DNA of 64,000 nucleotides from Gammaproteobacteria bacterium (GTDB taxonomy: Bacteria > Pseudomonadota > Gammaproteobacteria > Eutrophobiales > Eutrophobiaceae), in contig CBDEUK010000002.1 in NCBI GenBank assembly GCA_965243205.1, positions 480,001 through 544,000 on the forward strand, read 5' to 3'. The notes under the pieces were generated by a model. That model was not told the DNA's origin, searched no databases, and saw only the letters and a program-made list of their open reading frames with translations. A program made the translations under genes and the position numbers. This document shows, piece after piece, positions 59,766 through 64,000 of this stretch (position 1 is the stretch's first letter; each line of letters begins with the position of its first letter).

Positions 59766-60008
59766 AACCTCCTCCTCTCTTGGTGTTATTGAATAATTAA
59801 TGAATGTTTAGCCTCTATATCACTACATCATTTCCCCTGAGGCCATTAGGAAAACTCATGTCTGAACTATGGCCTCTTTCGGTACCTATAAACAAAATGA
59901 CTTAATACATGCTGTTTAATGCAACGAAATCTAGAGGAGGCAATATACAGATTCGATAATACTTGCTTACCGAATCAATAATTTAGGATGGATAAGTGAA
60001 TATAGATA

Positions 60009-60045
60009 TAGGACTACTTCCCATCTAACCTAGGAAATACTCCGT
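60009..60045. promoter_or_regulatory. Tandem GGA-N5-TCC boxes upstream of xoxF
   Basis: TAGGACTACTTCCCA (60009-60023) and TAGGAAATACTCCGT (60031-60045), 22 bp apart. Confidence 0.55.
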
Positions 60046-60158
60046 TTAAACATTATGATTTTAATTACATTTTAATTGTGAATTTTTCCCAAAGATAAAA
60101 TGTAGTGTAGCTATTTAGGTTTAAGGAATAGTTTTTGATTAATTATCAAACAATCAGG

Positions 60159-60701
60159 TTAAAATTTATTCGGTAACATTCTACTAAGAACGTTTTCATG
60201 TCGACTTATCAAAAAAGCAAAAGCACCACATAGATGGATAACGATCAAAGTTAGTAAGAAAATTGATGAAATCTCATGGATCGCAGTAAAAAAATCATTC
60301 CATTCTTTACTCGGTTCAAAAATACGTGGCAAATCAATTATGCCCCAAAAACTGGTTTTATATTTCGTAAAGCTAGAAGAAATAAAACCGGTTAATGGCT
60401 GTAGAATCATAAATAAGTAAAGTGAATGATGAGTTGCTGTAGCCAATTTCCTTTGCCATGAAGACAATGACCTAGGTAATGCGGGTCGTCTGTCAATTAC
60501 GGCCCATATTATGCGTATAAACAGTAACAAAAAAACCGTCATACCAATATTTTTATGCAGTCTAAAGAAATAACTTCGCTCATCCGAACCTTTGGGTAAA
60601 TCTTCCATGTACCACCCAAGGCAGAACAAAACGAGGATTAAAATGGCCATTAACCAATGCAGTGACATAGCCAATTTTGAGTATTTTTGTACTTCAGACA
60701 T
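60159..60701 (-). CDS. Cytochrome b561 (YceJ/CybB-like)
   Basis: LHWLMA, LHKNIG, HHSLY, P.TG, IHE and IHL; four TM helices. Confidence 0.9.
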   Translation of the reverse strand: MSEVQKYSKLAMSLHWLMAILILVLFCLGWYMEDLPKGSDERSYFFRLHKNIGMTVFLLLFIRIIWAVIDRRPALPRSLSSWQRKLATATHHSLYLFMILQPLTGFISSSFTKYKTSFWGIIDLPRIFEPSKEWNDFFTAIHEISSIFLLTLIVIHLCGAFAFLISRHENVLSRMLPNKF

Positions 60702-60784
60702 AAAGAAATAACCTTAAGAATGATTGTTTGAGTATTATTTTAACTATAAAATCCATATAAATAATGAAAAAAATGTAATGAATA

Positions 60785-61378
60785 ATGCATCAGTATTTTA
60801 TAGCCATGTTTAATCCTATTCAAAAACAGACCACTTTATTTTTTTTATTGGCTGTTTATTTAGCTTACCCAGCAACCACTTTAGCTAGTCAATATGAAAT
60901 AGAAATCAGTAAATCCAATCAAGAGCTGCTGGTAAAAAATGCTGATACCATCGTTAAGCGCTATCGTATTGCTTATGGTAGAGGTGGCAAAGGAACAAAA
61001 TATAAAAAAGGCGATAAAAAGACCCCTATTGGTGTTTATAAGATTATGGACTTTAAAGCTGAAAGTCGATTTCATTTTTTTATGCAGCTTAATTACCCTA
61101 ACCTATTAGATGCATGGGGTGGTTATAAAAATAAAGTTATTAATGCTCAAGAATTCGATGCAATAGCAACAGCTATCTCCAATAAACAAAAACCACCTCA
61201 AGATACCATTCTAGGAGGTTACATTGGAATCCATGGATTAGGCGAAGAAAACCCAGAGAAAATTAAATTACATCGTAATACAAATTGGACTGAAGGCTGT
61301 ATCGCATTAACAAATAAAGAAATTATTGAACTTAAACAATATGTAGATATCGGTACTAAGGTTGTGATTAAAGAATAA
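60785..61378 (+). CDS. L,D-transpeptidase family protein
   Basis: K...GD.KTP.G.Y, LNYPN, IGIHG and WTEGCIAL.N. Confidence 0.9.
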   Translation: MHQYFIAMFNPIQKQTTLFFLLAVYLAYPATTLASQYEIEISKSNQELLVKNADTIVKRYRIAYGRGGKGTKYKKGDKKTPIGVYKIMDFKAESRFHFFMQLNYPNLLDAWGGYKNKVINAQEFDAIATAISNKQKPPQDTILGGYIGIHGLGEENPEKIKLHRNTNWTEGCIALTNKEIIELKQYVDIGTKVVIKE

Positions 61379-61387
61379 AAGCCTGCA

Positions 61388-61903
61388 ATGTCATCAAAAC
61401 ATCATTTTTTATATATCTTTATAGGTATATTTCTACTAGCTCTTTATTTATATAATAAAGCAAAACTTGATGCTGCCAACAATGAAGGTTCAACTAAACA
61501 AGAATCGTTATATTCAGTAAGCTCAAATAAATCTTTTACCGATGCTGCAGAAGATGCCGCCTTTGCAATATCAGAACGTAATTTTCGAATCACGAACACC
61601 CTAAGGATAGGTAACGCAATTCGCGAGCGAGGCACAGAAAACTATTTAGATTATGACGTAATATTATTTTGTAATATTCAATACGCTGAACTTATGATTG
61701 ATGCAGATCCATATTACGTAAATTATTGCCCTGGACAAATAACCATCAGCGAAGTGTCTGAAAATCAGGTTATAATATCTGCCCCTTTGGTACCACTGCA
61801 TGGTTCCAATAATGAATTAAATGAATTAGTACAAGAAATAAATCGCCTAGTAGTTGAAAGCGTAGACTTTGCAGCTGAAACTTGGCAACAAGAATCAGAA
61901 TAA
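61388..61903 (+). CDS. DUF302-like protein
   Basis: N-terminal TM helix; AISERNF, ILFCN...A and YCP..I.I pattern. Confidence 0.65.
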   Translation: MSSKHHFLYIFIGIFLLALYLYNKAKLDAANNEGSTKQESLYSVSSNKSFTDAAEDAAFAISERNFRITNTLRIGNAIRERGTENYLDYDVILFCNIQYAELMIDADPYYVNYCPGQITISEVSENQVIISAPLVPLHGSNNELNELVQEINRLVVESVDFAAETWQQESE

Positions 61904-61920
61904 TTCTTGAGGAGAAGGTT

Positions 61921-62661
61921 TTGAATAAAATTGAACATCATTTATTACTCAGTTGGTTAATATTAATTGGTTTAATTACATTCGGCTTATACTTAGCTTG
62001 GGATCAAGGAATTCTTAATTTATTGTATGGCAGTGATAAAAGTAAAATATCGTATTTAATTAGTTTTATTTATCTTTTAATTATTGGTCATGGAGCAATT
62101 CGTGTTTGGTATGTATCAAAACAATTAAACTACTCAAGCCAAATTGTGAATGATATTAAACACCATTCTTCTGAAAAAATATTTGTTCATGACGAACAAG
62201 TAAAATTTTCAAACAATCAATTCTTACCTAACTCAATCACTACTGAATTTATTCATGATTTAGTAACTCGTAATAATAATCAGATCAATAAAACAAATTC
62301 TGAGAATGCAAGCGAAACAGACTTAATTGATGTCTATGAATCAAGATTGAAGAGCCCAGACGAAATTGGTTGGTTTGCGTCGGACGCGATGATTAAACTT
62401 GGTTTATTAGGCACAATAATTGGTTTTATTTTAATGTTAAGTTCAGTCGTAAATGTTACTGAGTTTGATGTTACAACCATGCAAAAGATTCTAGCCAACA
62501 TGAGTTCAGGTATGGGTACAGCTTTATATACAACAATGGCAGGACTTATTTGCAGTTTATTAGCAACTGCTCAGTATCATATGATTGAACGCCATATAGA
62601 TGAATTAATGAATTCAATCAAACATATATCACAAGTTCATATCTTACCTAAACTCAGCTAA
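61921..62661 (+). CDS. MotA/TolQ/ExbB-family proton-channel protein
   Basis: KLGLLGTIIGFILML and GMGTALYTTMAGL; TTG start at 61921 follows GAGGAG. Confidence 0.82.
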   Translation: MNKIEHHLLLSWLILIGLITFGLYLAWDQGILNLLYGSDKSKISYLISFIYLLIIGHGAIRVWYVSKQLNYSSQIVNDIKHHSSEKIFVHDEQVKFSNNQFLPNSITTEFIHDLVTRNNNQINKTNSENASETDLIDVYESRLKSPDEIGWFASDAMIKLGLLGTIIGFILMLSSVVNVTEFDVTTMQKILANMSSGMGTALYTTMAGLICSLLATAQYHMIERHIDELMNSIKHISQVHILPKLS

Positions 62662-62669
62662 TCATAATC

Positions 62670-63266
62670 ATGGGTATACGTAAACGTTTAAAATCTGATC
62701 CCTTTACAGATCTTTTATTTAATGCACTATTAGGTTTTACTTTTTTATTTCTGGTCGCCATTATGTTTATGAATCCAGAAGCAAAAACAGGCATTATTGA
62801 TCCTAAAGCTGAATATATTATTACTGTTACCTGGGAAGACTTTAGTCCTGAAGATATCGATGTTTGGGTTGAAGATCCTGATGGAAACTTAATCTATTTC
62901 CAAAATCGTGAAGCAGGATTAATACATTTAGATAGAGATGATCGTGGTATGTTGAACGATATTATTATGGTTGGAGGCAAAGAAGTTGAAAACCCTTTAA
63001 ACCAAGAAATCGTAACCATTCGAGGTGTTGTTAAAGGTGAGTACGTAGTAAACCTACATTACTATCAATCTGAAAGCGGCAAACCCGTTAACGCAAATAT
63101 ACGTTTAGCCAAAGTAAACCCTAAACTTGAAGTGATTTATTATGGGCAAGTATCCTTAGCTGAACATGAAGAAAAAACTGCTTTCAGATTTAAAATAACC
63201 AATAACGGTAAAATATCTGGAATTAATTTTATACCTAAGACTTTAGTTACCCTAGGAAAATCCTAA
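62670..63266 (+). CDS. Membrane-anchored partner protein (ExbD/MotB-like TM Asp; periplasmic DIDVWV/LDRDD domain)
   Basis: DPFTDLLFNALLGF TM helix; W.D...DIDVWVEDP.G, HLDRDDRG, NQEIVTIRG and GEYVVNLHYY. Confidence 0.7.
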   Translation: MGIRKRLKSDPFTDLLFNALLGFTFLFLVAIMFMNPEAKTGIIDPKAEYIITVTWEDFSPEDIDVWVEDPDGNLIYFQNREAGLIHLDRDDRGMLNDIIMVGGKEVENPLNQEIVTIRGVVKGEYVVNLHYYQSESGKPVNANIRLAKVNPKLEVIYYGQVSLAEHEEKTAFRFKITNNGKISGINFIPKTLVTLGKS

Positions 63267-63335
63267 TTGGAAAATCTTTTAGACAAAGTCTTAGTGAACA
63301 AATCATAACGACAATAAATTAGAGGAGTTAGTATT

Positions 63336-63860
63336 GTGTTTACATTAGGTATTACTGGCATCATAACCGCTTATGTCATACTTGGACTATTATTATTAAG
63401 CTTGAATCTTTATTCCAAATGGCCTTGGTACGTTAAGTTCAGCGCAATCGCTATTACTTCTTTATTTTATATAGTGACTTATATCTCAATGCCTCCACTG
63501 TTAGGTTGGCCAACTGACCAAACACCGCCAGAACGTTTCCGATTAATATCAACCTATGTTGAACAACCTAATAAATTAACAGGTGATGAAGGCGGCATTT
63601 ATTTATGGCTATCCGAAATAGATGATTTATCAGAAACACCTGAACCGCGTGCGTATAAATTTCCTTATAGCGATCCTTTTCATGAAGATATATTAAAGGC
63701 TCAATCCAAACTTAATAAAAGCATTTTGCAACTTGGAGAATTCAAAGACGAAGAAGAAGCTGGCTCGCTAGAAAATCTTGAACTCAAAAATAGAACTACA
63801 AATATTAGCGCAAAGATTTCATTCTATGATTTGCCTGATCCGCTATTCCCAGAAAAATAA
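63336..63860 (+). CDS. Hypothetical two-TM membrane protein
   Basis: GTG start after GAGGAG; two TM helices, then LLGWP, IYLW and PRAYKFPY. Confidence 0.7.
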   Translation: MFTLGITGIITAYVILGLLLLSLNLYSKWPWYVKFSAIAITSLFYIVTYISMPPLLGWPTDQTPPERFRLISTYVEQPNKLTGDEGGIYLWLSEIDDLSETPEPRAYKFPYSDPFHEDILKAQSKLNKSILQLGEFKDEEEAGSLENLELKNRTTNISAKISFYDLPDPLFPEK

Positions 63861-63867
63861 TTTAAAT

Positions 63868-64000
63868 CTATAAAGAACCTAACCATTTAATCAATAAATC
63901 TTCTTGGGCACTGATTGAAAGTTTAGGTTCTTTACCATCAAACCATCTATTTTTTTGTTGAGTAATTTCATTCACAATCTTAGATGGTTTTATTTTGCCT
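63868..64000 (-). CDS. C-terminal end of an unidentified CDS running off the window
   Basis: Open frame ...GKIKPSKIVNEITQQKNRWFDGKEPKLSISAQEDLLIKWLGSL*, convergent with the 63336 gene. Confidence 0.5.
   Translation of the reverse strand, partial: GKIKPSKIVNEITQQKNRWFDGKEPKLSISAQEDLLIKWLGSL

Noticed and set aside
61921-63266. Zorya ZorAB or flagellar MotAB
   Set aside because: The A subunit has no long ZorA tail, the partner has no OmpA-like peptidoglycan-binding domain, and there are no defence or flagellar neighbours.
1-64000. CRISPR arrays, tRNA/rRNA genes, IS elements, prophage, exosortase and lanmodulin genes
   Set aside because: None recognised by eye. The 43-53 kb region looks somewhat GC-richer, but no integrase or flanking repeats were seen, so it is not called as a mobile island.

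Overview
AT-rich chromosomal window from what appears to be a gammaproteobacterial methylotroph (inferred from gene content, no taxonomic search). It contains a molybdenum-cofactor/FdhD block with a formate/oxalate-type MFS antiporter, H4MPT/methanofuran biosynthesis genes (orf20, orf19/DUF447, mfnB-like, pterin dehydratase), pqqBCDE, a pqqA that the ORF track misses and that lies about 41 kb away, and a lanthanide-type XoxF methanol dehydrogenase. It also has two two-component systems, a TonB2-type energiser operon, a heavy-metal-type RND pump and a LutH/LanA-like TonB-dependent receptor. The best candidate for an undescribed system is at 46-53 kb. There, a receptor with a ~150-aa purely acidic N-terminal arm converges on three homologous, acidic, exported proteins with exosortase-type C-terminal anchors, two of which are a near-identical tandem pair. 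The receptor, two of the three anchored genes and xoxF share an upstream GGA-N5-TCC palindrome, which suggests a co-regulated surface lanthanide-capture module (inference). Separately, pqqA and pqqBCDE each carry a sigma54 promoter plus tandem TGGT-N8-ACCA boxes with matching spacing, and the pqqA copy sits next to a divergent sigma54 two-component system. No rRNA, tRNA, CRISPR array or transposase was recognised. All assignments come from motif recognition by eye; no database searches were run.
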